Source: Eledone cirrhosa
Taxonomy: Eukaryota
DNA length: 64,000 nt
NCBI GenBank assembly: GCA_964016885.1
Contig: OZ024752.1
Coordinates: 44,640,001-44,704,000 of the forward strand
Direction of reading: 5' to 3'
In this document: positions 51,393-63,182 of the stretch, piece after piece
Layout of the letters: each line of letters begins with the position of its first letter
Position numbering within the stretch: the stretch's first letter is position 1
The notes under the pieces: generated by a model
The model's input: the letters and a program-made list of their open reading frames with translations, nothing else
Told to the model about the DNA's origin: nothing
Databases searched by the model: none
Position numbers and translations under genes: made by a program

Positions 51393-51911
51393 TTATGTAT
51401 ATATTTAAAACATATTTGTTATGTTATTCTACTGTAAATTTATTTATATTAGGTTAAAGTATATTAAAGTATGAATTACTGGACATATGGTCCCAGACCA
51501 AATCACTTTTCAGACAAGTACAACTCTGATATATAAATGCAGAGTGCTCCCTAAAAAAATGTATATAGCATTCTAATAAATATTGCCTGTGCAGGTAATC
51601 AAAGTGTGTATACATCTTTTGGTACACCCTGTATATTGTGTGTGTTACATAAATATATCATGATGAGCTCTCCCGTCATTTATAGACTTACGAGTGTTCA
51701 ACTGTCTTATCAGTTCAATTTTTTTATGGTTCTGCCTTAAATGGCTCTTTAGTCCAGCAGCTGATATATATATATATATATATATATGTAGGAGGTGAGT
51801 TTTATTGTAGCACAATAAAGCAATGCAAATATCGGATAAGTAGCACTCAACAGTTTATTGGACTGGAGTATATATAAGAAGAAATTAAAAGATGGTTAAA
51901 AAAGTTCCATG

Positions 51912-51982
51912 TATTTTATTATGCGCATTTCAAAAACAAATATCATCCTGGGAGGATTTTCACGTTCTCATCAGATAAAATA
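51912..51982 (-). ncRNA. Type I hammerhead ribozyme, same family as 54911-54981
   Basis: Minus strand TATTTTAT-CTGATGA-gaac...ttttt-GAAA-TGCGCA-TA^ATAAAATA. Confidence 0.75.
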
Positions 51983-52091
51983 GGGAGACATCATATGAAG
52001 CTTAAAAAAAAACACTTGTGAGCAAGGTAGTGTCTACTCAACATATGTTGCCTTTCTTGAGGAGATTTTTCAAATATTTCACTATGTTTTA

Positions 52092-52250
52092 AATTGCCTT
52101 GTCTGACGAATGAATGCGGACGTTTCTTGAATTCGTCTTATTCGGAAAACCTCTGGTAATGAGGTAATTATATTGTATTGTTTATTATACATTAAATTTA
52201 GCTCTGTAACTTACATAGAGCACTCTTCAACGGAAACTTCAATACTTACA
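52092..52250 (+). mobile_element. pLTR-like element with hammerhead (11-bp stem I, one core change); relative at 62782-62955
   Basis: aattgccttgt-CTGACGA...ggaaaacctctggTA^atgaggtaatt; the 62782 copy has CCGACGA but canonical GAAAcc. Confidence 0.6.
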
Positions 52251-52297
52251 TAGCCCCCAAGGGAATGATCGTAGCATATTCTACACATATATATATG

Positions 52298-52394
<97 letters not shown>

Positions 52395-52531
52395 GTAGAT
52401 AAATCTACCAAGATCTGTTGAATATGCATGCCAATTCTAACACATATATATCCTAGAAACGATCGTTAAATAATGAACTTTTTTTGTTTAATATAAGGAA
52501 CTGTTTCATTGTTTTATTCATTATTTGTTTA

Positions 52532-52564
<33 letters not shown>

Positions 52565-52568
<4 letters not shown>

Positions 52569-52988
52569 ACTTGGGATGAGGTGATAAAAGCCGACCTTAC
52601 CCAACTACACCTCTCAAAGTCAATGACACACGACCGTGACTTCTGGCGTCACGCAGTAATACAGGGTACCCGACCTCCCATGGGTACATGCTGAAGCATA
52701 TAAACAATATGCCCCCCCCCCCCCACCGCAAGGTGGCCGTGGAGGTGCCACGGCAAAAAAGCACCCAGCCCACACTGTAAAGTGGACGTGTAGGCGCCAC
52801 GAAAAAGCACCCAGCACTCACTGTAAATGAGGTTGGTGTTAGGAAGGGCATCCGGCTGTAGAAATCAAGCCAGATCAGTTCCTGTATGAGCAAGGCATGG
52901 TCAGCCGACCAGACACTGCCCACAACAGGACAACCCGTCTAACCCATGCTAGCGTGGAAGAACGGACGTAAAACGGTGATGATGATGA

Positions 52989-52990
<2 letters not shown>
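52565..52990 (+). mobile_element. Short 5'-truncated copy of the same RTE element
   Basis: Nearly identical to 12835-13260, including the C-run and (GAT)n tail; inserted in (TA)n. Confidence 0.9.
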
Positions 52991-53072
<82 letters not shown>

Positions 53073-53073
53073 A

Positions 53074-53132
<59 letters not shown>

Positions 53133-53176
53133 ATAACAAATTAAATACCCCTTCTACTTATATATGTGTATGTGTG

Positions 53177-53270
<94 letters not shown>

Positions 53271-53403
53271 GATTCTTTTTGAATTGAGTTTGAATTATTT
53301 TTCCCACATCTTACGTGAACTATTTTCCCATTTTGACGCTCTAGTCACTTATATATTATGAAATACGGTGTGCTTCTTATTCATAATAATTTCTATACTT
53401 TTC

Positions 53404-53459
<56 letters not shown>

Positions 53460-53577
53460 GAGCTTGTGGATCCAGTTGGAGACGGTTGTTTCTGAGACAG
53501 GACCCACTATATATATTATATCTTCTCCTTCGACCACTTATTCCTGAGAGGGTGGTGGGGACATGGTCCACAATCAA

Positions 53578-53824
53578 AAGAATTCCTTGAAAAATACAAG
53601 AAATTAAAGACAGCTAATTAAAATATGCTGTGATAAGGTTTTTGACAGTAAATATCTCGTCCGGTTCTCCTGATTCATTGCATCAGATAATCTCCCCGTC
53701 AGCTCGGGCCTCTGTTATATATATATATATATATATATAACAGAGGCCCGAGCTGTCAAAAACCTTATCACAGCATATTTTAATTAGCTGTCTTTAATTT
53801 CTTGTATTTTTCAAGGAATTCTTT
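53578..53824. repeat. Palindrome centred on a (TA)n tract
   Basis: 53578-53649 vs 53754-53823 and cagctcgggcctctgtta(TA)n taacagaggcccgagctg are reverse complements. Confidence 0.85.
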
Positions 53825-54195
53825 AATATAATATAACGATATTATATAATGAAATGATTGTGTAGAGTGGTGAGGTTTGTGAATTAATTTACCGGTGTTT
53901 ACAGAATGATATAGGAAAGTCAATAATAACAATAATAAACGAAGAAAAAGAAGAAGAAAAGAGGAGAAAAGTAGTAAAATATTTGTGCGAGTGAGAGGGG
54001 CTGATAAGGTATAAAAAAAATATATATATATAGGAGGATTGTGTGATTTATTGGATGAAGGAGGAAAAAAGATAATTAAAAGTGAGGAGGGAGAAGGAAA
54101 GACGAAATGAGAAGATTTATATTAGATACACATCGATCTATCAGCAGAATGAAGCTAACTGATATAAATAAATGACAATAAAAATAACTACTTAC

Positions 54196-54430
54196 GAATT
54201 TGGAGATAAGAGAAGTTTGAAGAGGTTCTGTAAATAGAAGAGATCAGACAGAAACTATAAACATCGCCGCCCCACTATGGATGACCAGAAGAGAAATAAT
54301 ATACGCGGCTCTGATCTTGTTTCCAAAATAAAGTGCGAGCACTTGTGCGCATGCGTGTCTACATTCTCTCTTACAACTTGTGCGACAATGTTGGGAACCT
54401 GTTGGAAAAACCACTCCGCCCACACTGCTT
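54196..54430 (-). promoter_or_regulatory. Candidate promoter and non-coding 5' exon, probably of the ABCG gene
   Basis: CpG-containing unique sequence with TGCGCATGCG (NRF1-type, 54346-54355), GC box CCGCCC (54416-54421) and a minus-strand donor TC|GTAAGT at 54196/54195. No in-frame ATG. Link to ABCG is inferred from orientation. Confidence 0.45.
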
Positions 54431-54573
54431 GCTGGCTTAGTCATTGTATTTCATCTAGTGGATCTAGGATTCTAAAACCTTGCGAACCATGTCTACCCCG
54501 TCTATTATTTTATAAAGACGGCACTGTTGGATTAAAGGGAGATTAAACTGATATAATCTCTCTCTCTCTCTCT

Positions 54574-54647
<74 letters not shown>

Positions 54648-54910
54648 GGAGGTGAGTTTTATTGTAGTACAATAAAGCAATGCAGATATCGGATAAGAAG
54701 CACTCTACAGTTTGTAGGACTGGAGTATACATAATATATAAGATCAAAAGATGGTTAAAAGAGTTCCATGTATTTTATTATGCGCATTTCAAAAACAAAT
54801 ATCATCATGCAATAATATTTGTGTTTTCAGCAGATAAAATAGGAAGACATGATATGAAGGTTAAAAAACACTTGTGAATAGTGTTTTTTAACCTTCATAT
54901 CATGTCTTCC

Positions 54911-54981
54911 TATTTTATCTGATGAAAACACAAATATTATTGCATGATGATATTTGTTTTTGAAATGCGCATAATAAAATA
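54911..54981 (+). ncRNA. Type I hammerhead ribozyme (Penelope pLTR-type, palindromic stem III)
   Basis: TATTTTAT-CTGATGA(54919-54925)-12/13 bp stem II-GAAA(54962-54965)-TGCGCA-TA^ATAAAATA; 8-bp perfect stem I, intact core. Confidence 0.8.
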
Positions 54982-55082
54982 CATGGAACTCTTTTAACCA
55001 TCTTTTGATCTTATATATTATATATATATATATATATTAAAATACAAATATTAATAAAATAGATGTTCTTTTGATCAATTAA

Positions 55083-55140
55083 ATTTTATTATACATATTT
55101 CGGAGGTACAACAGTACGTCCTCATCAGACAAAATATAAT
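55083..55140 (-). ncRNA. Type I hammerhead ribozyme in left arm of inverted repeat
   Basis: Minus strand ATTTTGT-CTGATGA-ggacgtac tgtt gtacctcc-GAAA-TATGTA-TA^ATAAAAT; the mirror copy at 55669-55731 has CTGGTGA. Confidence 0.75.
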
Positions 55141-56237
55141 GATACATGACATACCCTGAGATGTTAAATGCTTAAGATTTAATCAAAGTAGTGATTAACC
55201 CATAACATTCAGAAGTTTAGAAATGTTAACACACTTATAGATTTTATAAAATGAATAAATATAAATAACCAGCAACTTTAAAAAAAACCTAAAATCTTGA
55301 TTCTTCACCCTTAAAATAACATGTATTTTGAAACTTAACCGTTTAGCTTTTGGGAAAAAAATCTCTTTCTGCATATATTACTCCCCTTTATCTTTCCCTC
55401 TCTTTAAATCCTCTTTCAGCGGCCCTCATGGACAGTTATAATTCATGAGATGTTTTCCTATATAACCATAACTTGTAGTATCCTACATTTTAAAATCTCT
55501 ATAGCTGTCACATTAAGCAATGTTTTTCTTACTCACACATTCTCTATTGAATTTATTACGTTTTCGCATTTTCTCATTATTAGGGTATAAATGTTGAGTT
55601 TTCTCTTGGGTTAATCACTACCTTGATTAAATCTTAACCATTTAACATCTCAGAGTATGTCATGTATCATTATATTTTGTCTGGTGAGGACGTACTGTTG
55701 TACCTCCGAAATATGTATAATAAAATGTAATTGATCAAAAGAACATCTATTTTATTAATATTTATATTTTAATATTAATAACTCTGGAAAATTATTTTTT
55801 GTAGAGAGCTTCCAATCTACTGTAAAACTCATTCTTTGATGTACTCATTGAATCTTGTTTAACTCTTTAATATATATATAACAAAGGAATTGTGGTAAGG
55901 AACCAGATGGACCATAACGCAGTCCAGAAATAGCCGTCGAAACGGCTTGAGCTCTGCCGTCGGGGTCATACTTTTTCCTATATATATATAGATGTATGTA
56001 ATAAACGACACAATATGATTATTCTATTACCGAAGGTTTCACGAAGTTAGACGATTCTAACAGAAATACCTGATATCGCTCATCAGAAGCGATTATTCCC
56101 GATATAAGATATAAGATATTGAAATTAAAAATAGATTTTAATATGAAATCCAAATCTATTATAAATGAAAGCGAGGCTGAATTAAAATGACTTTTCATTT
56201 TTAATAGATTTTAATTTCCTATCTTATATCCAAATAG

Positions 56238-56310
56238 ATTCCTTCTGATGAGCGATATCAGACCTTTCTGTTAGAATCGTCTAACTTCGTGAAACCTTGG
56301 GTAATGGAAT
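56238..56310 (+). ncRNA. Type I hammerhead ribozyme with extended stem II; mirror copy on minus strand at 56022-56093
   Basis: attcctt-CTGATGA(56245-56251)-gcga...gttaga atcg tctaac ttcgt-GAAA(56291-56294)-cc ttg gg-TA^atggaat; both copies keep the core. Confidence 0.7.
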
Positions 56311-56878
56311 AATTATATTGTGTGCTTTATTATATAATTAAATAGCTCTGTACTATACATTGAGCACTCTTCTTTCCTTTACCTTTTCCACGGAAATACT
56401 TAACACACACACATATATATATATAATTGTTTTTGTTATTTGTTTTGCGAGATTTCTTATCTGAAAACGTGTGTTGAAACAGATATTGTTATATATGATA
56501 CTCCGGATAAACCTCGTTGAGTGCTTCTAATCTGTTGTAAATTAACTTTGTTGAATAATCAACAAACCAAATAACTCATTGTTTATATATATATATATTG
56601 TTATACTTTGGGAGGGTCATGTTGCCAATAAGAAACACACGCACCAGTAGCTTTCACTTCAATTTATTATAATAAATTTATAAATTTAGGAATTTATAAA
56701 TTTCCGGTTGGTTGGTTGGTTCCACAACCAGATGGTTGTTTATATATTGTCAAAGTTCTTTCGTCACACATTCTGTGACCTCTTCAGTGACTGGGGATTC
56801 TTTTCTTTGTTTTTGTGCCTCTCCTTTGTTCTGTCCTACGCCATCTTGTTTCTCTTGCTAAACAAATTCAGAAACGAA

Positions 56879-56911
<33 letters not shown>

Positions 56912-57930
56912 TACATATCATATACTTAACATGTATGTACGACCATTGGTTTCAGGGTCCAGTTATGGCCACCACTGTATAGTGGAACAAGCTCTTCCAA
57001 ACTGACCCCTCATTGGGCACTCAGACTACTATATATATACATATCTAAGTCTAAAGTCTGTCGTAAGCCAGAAGGCTCATTTGGCCGGTACTTATCCCAG
57101 GGTCATGGCGTGAAGCAACTGAGAGTACAAGACTTCCCCCTGGACAGGGCGCCAGTCCCTCACAGGGTTAAAGCTCCAGCTATTGTTGGTACTCATTTCA
57201 GCTGAGTATACTGGAGCAACGGGAAATGAAGTGTTTTGCTCAAGACCACAACACGCAGCCCAGGAATCGAACCCACGACATTATGATCGTAGGTCCAACA
57301 CCCTTACCACTGGGTCACGTGCCTCCACACACACATATATACATATATATCATCATCATCATCATCTTCGTTTAACGTCCACTTTCCACGCTAGCATGGG
57401 TTAGACGGGAGTTGTCCCACTTGAGGCACGGTTGGTCGGGTGACCGTCTCTCGCTCATATAGGACTGTATCTGGCAGGTTTTCCTCGGCTGGATGCCCTT
57501 CCTAACACCAACCACATTTGCAGTGTGGAACTGGGAACTTTTTACCGTGTTACCTACACGACCATATTACAGCGTGGACTGTGTGTTTTTTTTTTTCCCG
57601 TGACACCTACACGATCTCTAGATCAAGGGAACACGCCAGCCAGATAGATTATATCCTTACTAGAAAACGGGACAAAGTGTCTGTTATAAACACTAAATCC
57701 CTCCCCCGTGAAGAATGCACCTCCCAACATAGCCTAGTAGTTAGTGACTTCATAGTCAGTAATAGATGTATAGTTTATGAAAAGAAAATGATAAATAATT
57801 TACAGCAGAGAAAAATCTAATCTAATCTAGCTAATTCCAACCAGGTTGAAAGATCAGGTGCTGGTGTGTGCAAATATTGGCGTGGCCTTTTCGCATTAGT
57901 GGGAAGACAACTATCCATGCTCTTAATTAG

Positions 57931-57964
<34 letters not shown>

Positions 57965-59160
57965 CTTTATTTGCCACAAGGGCGCACAAGAAAAGGACAT
58001 AAAATCCCCGGCATATGTCCTTGTATTGTCCCCTTTTCTTGTGCGCCCTTGTGGCAAATAAAGAAATATATCTATTTATCTATCTATATAGATATATTTC
58101 TATTTATTGCCACGAAGGCACAAAAGAAGGAGACAAATACAGGGGGGTTACACAAGAAGGCGAGTAAAGAAAACAAATCGATAGATAAATAGATATTATG
58201 AAGTGCAATGTTAGGAGGCCAAATTTCGTTAATTATATAAAACTACAGGAATAGAGAATAAGAAATAGAGTGTAACAAGTAATTAAGAGTTTAAGTAAAG
58301 GATGAATAACATAATACAGAGTGGTGGTCAGGGGAACACAAATACAGGAATACACAAGCAATAGGGTGTGACATGGATGGCTACGAATACATGGCATGTT
58401 ACCACACCGGCTGGCTATAGATACCCTTCTAGCTGCACTCGGGGCGACTGGATCTGTCCACCCACTTGAGTGCTTAGAAATAAACTAAATTTCCCTTTTC
58501 TATGGTAAACCATAACTACTTGGAACGGTCAGTAGACCTTTGCGCTCTGTGTGTATTAGAGGGTCATCTTCTCAGTTGTTGTTAACTGCCATACCTTACT
58601 ACTATCGAAATTTAGTATAATATAACATTGAACTTTGAGGGGAATCTGATAAATAAATATAAAACAACAGGGTGGGGGAAAAAAAAACGAAAAAATAAGT
58701 GTCCAGTAAAAATGTGATGAAAACAAAACTTATCAAGTGTTTCCCAAATATATGTAATTCCCAAAACTGTGGTGAGTGTTTCAAAGGAATAAAATTCCAA
58801 GAATTTTAATACAGGAAAAACCTGTAATTTGACCAAAATTGTTAACGTTGCTAAAACTTCTAAACATATAGTGAACAGGATGTGACAGGAACTAGGACGC
58901 TGCTGTATTTAACTAGTCACCCTCAAGGGTTTTCTATTTTTGAAACACATTCTCACTTTAATCTCTTTGTCAGCCCAACTACCCATCCATCTATTTGTGA
59001 TAGTATTTTACACGTTTTTATTGTACATAAACTTCCCCCTTTGTATTTGTGCCCCTGTGGCTAATAAAGAAACATATCTATCTAGCTAGCAAGCTATACA
59101 TCTGTCAGACTGTTTGTCTGCTGTCTGTCTATTTGTCTGGTTATCTCTCTATCTATCTCT

Positions 59161-61085
59161 GGGATGGACACATGTGTTGCTCGGTAAGTTTTGTTTAAAT
59201 TTCTTTAGAAATTCGTCATTGTGAACTTTTATTTTTATACCAATATGTAGAGGGACTGATAGGTCAAATTTTGATCTGGTCAGTCTCCCAAAATATCGTG
59301 CCCCAAAAACATTTTTGCAAAACACTTCAAATTTTTAAAAAGTGGCTGAAGCAAAGGCACCTACTTTTTTGTCAAAAGAAGATGGGAAGGGAAAGCCATA
59401 CCTACTTGACCAGCAGGTAGTAGCAGACATGGACAAAGGAATGCCAACATTATCGCCTCAACATTTAGAAGAGGTACAAGCTTCAGCTGCTTGTAAGCAA
59501 CTGAACACGCCTGACGTCACAAACGTCACATGTATCCACACAGAGAAGGAAGAATGTGTAGCAAATACTAACACCACCACAACAACAACACAATAAATGA
59601 GAACAACAACAACAAAAGGAATCAGTGGTAACACAACGAATGAAACCATCATCACCACCACCAACAACAATAACAAAATTTCATTTGCAGCAACAGTTGC
59701 TAAGCAACAGGATTTTAAATACTACTCCATGGACATTTCCCAAAAGTCCCAATATTTGGAAGAAGCTTCCAACTATGTGACCTTTGAGGGAGACACCCCA
59801 CACATACACATACCCCCACAAGTAAGAGAAATGACACAGAAAAAGAAGCTAATTTATAGAACAGTTGACAGCACTACCAAAAAACCATAACGCTCCCAAC
59901 AAGCACTATTGAAGCTGCACTAAAAGACATCAAGCCAGACGTGGCATACCTCCAAAGAGGTAAACAGTATGGAAGTGTGTCAGTGCTCTTTAAGAGCGAA
60001 ACTCTGGCACAAAAACACTTGATTCACCCAATAAAAACGGATCAACACATCTTCCCCACATACATGTGAAGAAGATCCTACAAAATAAAAATAACCAGGA
60101 TCCCAGCAGAGGTCAAGTGAAGAGCGAAAATGGGTGCCTGGCACTTCAAGTGCCTACAGGCACTCACAGCCCTCTACCAAGCGGAAACGGCAATCAGCGG
60201 AGACTCTACTTCGACATTCTATAGGGGATTAGTGGAGGATAAGTGCGACGACGTTCTCGGGGAAACTCTAGGCATCGAGGACGAACTGACCAGTCAGTTC
60301 GGGAGGACTTTCCGTCCAGGGCCTATGGATAACTTCCAGAGGTCTCTGGCCTGGCAGTGCTACCGAGGAGCTCTACCAGTTCGAGACAAAATCTACAGGC
60401 ACGGACGCCCTGAGAGATCCTACCAAAAGGACCCGTCCAAGATGCGAGCAGGACATCAAAACCGTTCTGCACGCAATTGTTCAGTTCCCAGGGGTGACCA
60501 ACCTGTGGAATTATGTCGAACAGCTGCTGTCACGTGTGGGACGCATCCAGTTGTCAGCCGAGTCCATCATGAGGATCACCCCGCCGCCTTCATTTAAGAA
60601 CGAAGGAGAGGCGGTTTTCCTCTGTCTGGTGGCTATGGCGAAAGAGGTAATATGGTGGACGAGGTTAAACACCTTTCTCTCCGGACAACAACTTATCCCC
60701 TTCTTTAAGTATCACTTCAGAAGGAAGGTGAGAGTGGAGAGAGAGGTGCTACACCCCAATAAATTCGCTGAAAGGTGGGTGAATGTGGCAAAAATGGCCC
60801 CAGTGAATGGGCCTTCTCTGTATATAAACCTGTAGGTTGAGGAAGATAAACAGAGGGAAGACAGGAACACGTACAAAACGTGTTCCTGGTGTTGAGGGTT
60901 GTTCTATCCACGGGGTGTAAAACAACCCTGTAGTAACGTTCCCCCCTATTGGGGATTTCAATTGTTATTTTATTATATATAGTTTATTATTATTTATTAA
61001 TGTTAAAGTTATTTTTATGTAAAACCCCCGCCGTCACGTCTTGTAATGTCCCATTTTTGTACGCCCCTGTGGCAAATAAAGAAAG
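59161..61085 (+). mobile_element. Degenerate L1/Tx1-clade non-LTR retrotransposon with large internal deletion
   Basis: Broken ORF1-like segment 59342-60115 joined to an ORF2 C-terminus (RSLAWQCYRGALPVRDK...NLWNYVEQLL, zf-RVT-like region; frameshifted 60130-60835). No EN/RT core. 3' end cccctgtggcaaataaagaaa recurs at 59052-59072 and 57961-58070. Confidence 0.7.
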
Positions 61086-61106
61086 ATATCTATTATATAT
61101 ATATAT

Positions 61107-61370
61107 TCTAGGGCGGGTAAAATTCCCGAGATCCATGGATGATATCTCTCAAACGGTCTCTGTCCCTCATTATCGCTGCGATGTCCTGCGTCTCCAACAG
61201 ACCAGTGTCTGTCCTTAGGGCATCAACATACGTTAACCTTGGTCTTCCTCTTCCAGTGTGTCCATGTAGGGGCTCCCACAGGAGCACTGAGTGCAATGTC
61301 ATCTCTGGATGTCGGTGAGCATGTCCAGCTAACCTCAGTCTCCTCTGTGTCACTTTTGAGCTGACTTTAT
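61107..61370 (-). mobile_element. RTE/RTEX-type LINE 3' fragment
   Basis: QRRLRLAGHAHRH...LLWEP.HG...RGRPRLTYVDAL; rearranged relative at 62540-62678. Confidence 0.75.
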
Positions 61371-62691
61371 ATATATATAAAATAGATAAATTGATATAAA
61401 AAGGGCTGACCTGCGACTAGTCAACTGCAGCCCTGTACCCAGTTTAACAAGGACTGACCTGAGGCTAGTCAACTGTAGCCCTGTTTAACAAGGGTTGACC
61501 TAAAGTTGATAAACTAAAGGTCTACATTAGTCAATCTGTACTTCCTTTTGTTAAAGTGTGATTTCAGAGATATTTAGCTACTATTTCTAGAAGACTAAGT
61601 GACCTCAAAGAGGCTCCCTTCTTGACATATACAGCAGTGTTGAAAGTAACTACAAAATGCTTCTCAGGTTTTGATAGATAATATATTCTTTTAACACAGA
61701 GCTAATCCGTGTAAAGAAGAGAATCTGTATAATAAACAGCATCCATTACATTACCATATTTCTAATGAAAGACATTACCTCTGCTTTTCAAATAATGATG
61801 AAAATAATCAAGAATTTAGAGGGATTTAATAATATAACTAACTTTTTAGACCCAAAGCAATATGATTGGATAACATCCATGAGCTTGGCTGGTTTTACTT
61901 GGAGTCAGTTGCTTTTGACAGGACCCACTAGAAGGAATGTTTGAGGACTCTGCTCCCATGACCCTCTCAGGAATATGTGGGCAAAGAAGAAGAACTAATT
62001 TTTTCCTTATTAAATTGGTGTTTGGAACATAACTTAACTAAGGTTCTTACATATAACTACTACGCAAGGATTTAGAAAAATATAAACACATTAAATTAAA
62101 TATCTTTACATCATAGAACACAGTTTCAGGTGGTTTGGTATCAAAATATTTAATGGCATTTCATTTAAAGTTAGAAAAAACATTTAAATGAAGAAGGATG
62201 GGAAAAGCATTAGGGGAAGCTGTTAGAAAAAACTGGCGATGGGCTTGTAACCTGTCTCGGGAGGCATGGAATGGACGCACAAAGATTGCATATTACAAGA
62301 CCCCAAAAGAGAGTTTAGACTGGAACAAACCTTAATAATTGAGAATTGGAGAAAGTTGCTTCTGACAGGACTTACTGGAAAGAAAGGGTTTTTGAGGATT
62401 CTGTAGTAGTAGTAGTAGTAGTAGTAGTAGCAGCAGTAGTAATAGCAGTATTAGTAGTAGTAGCAGTAGTAATACTAGTAGTAGTAGCAACATCAGTAGT
62501 AGTAGCGGCAGCAGCAGCAGCAGTAGTTGACACTGAACTTAGTGCTCCTGTGGGAGCCCCTACACGGACACACTACCGAGGTTGACAGACATAGACAGGT
62601 CTCTGGGAGACGCAGGACATGGCGGCGATGATGAGGGACAGAGAACTTGTCCACGGGTCTCGGGAATTTTACCCGCCCTATATATATATAT

Positions 62692-62742
<51 letters not shown>

Positions 62743-62951
62743 TAACAGATTAAAGTTTAAGCAAAGAATCGCTGCTTTCACCCTTGTCCGACGAACAAAT
62801 GAGGACGTTTTTCGTATTCGTCTTATTCGGGAAACCTCTGGTAATGAGGTAATTATATTGTATTGTTTATTATACATTAAATTTTGCTCTGGTACTTACA
62901 TAGAGCACTCTTCACTCCTATGATTATCAATTTTCAACGGAAACTTCAATA

Positions 62952-62992
<41 letters not shown>

Positions 62993-63034
62993 CAATATAT
63001 AGAGGGGAAAACTATTTCCTTTGAGCTCATTTAA

Positions 63035-63068
<34 letters not shown>

Positions 63069-63071
<3 letters not shown>

Positions 63072-63166
63072 GTGGTCCCCAAAAATGTATACACACTTCA
63101 GCAGCATTCTAATAAATATTGCCTGTACAGGTAATCAATGTGTGCATACATTTTTTGGACACCCTA
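63069..63166. mobile_element. Tc1/mariner-type MITE (~100 bp)
   Basis: TA-flanked imperfect TIRs (CAGG..GTCC.CAAAAATGTAT / ATACATTTTTTGGACACCCT); second copy at 51540-51631. Confidence 0.6.
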
Positions 63167-63182
63167 TATATATATATATATA

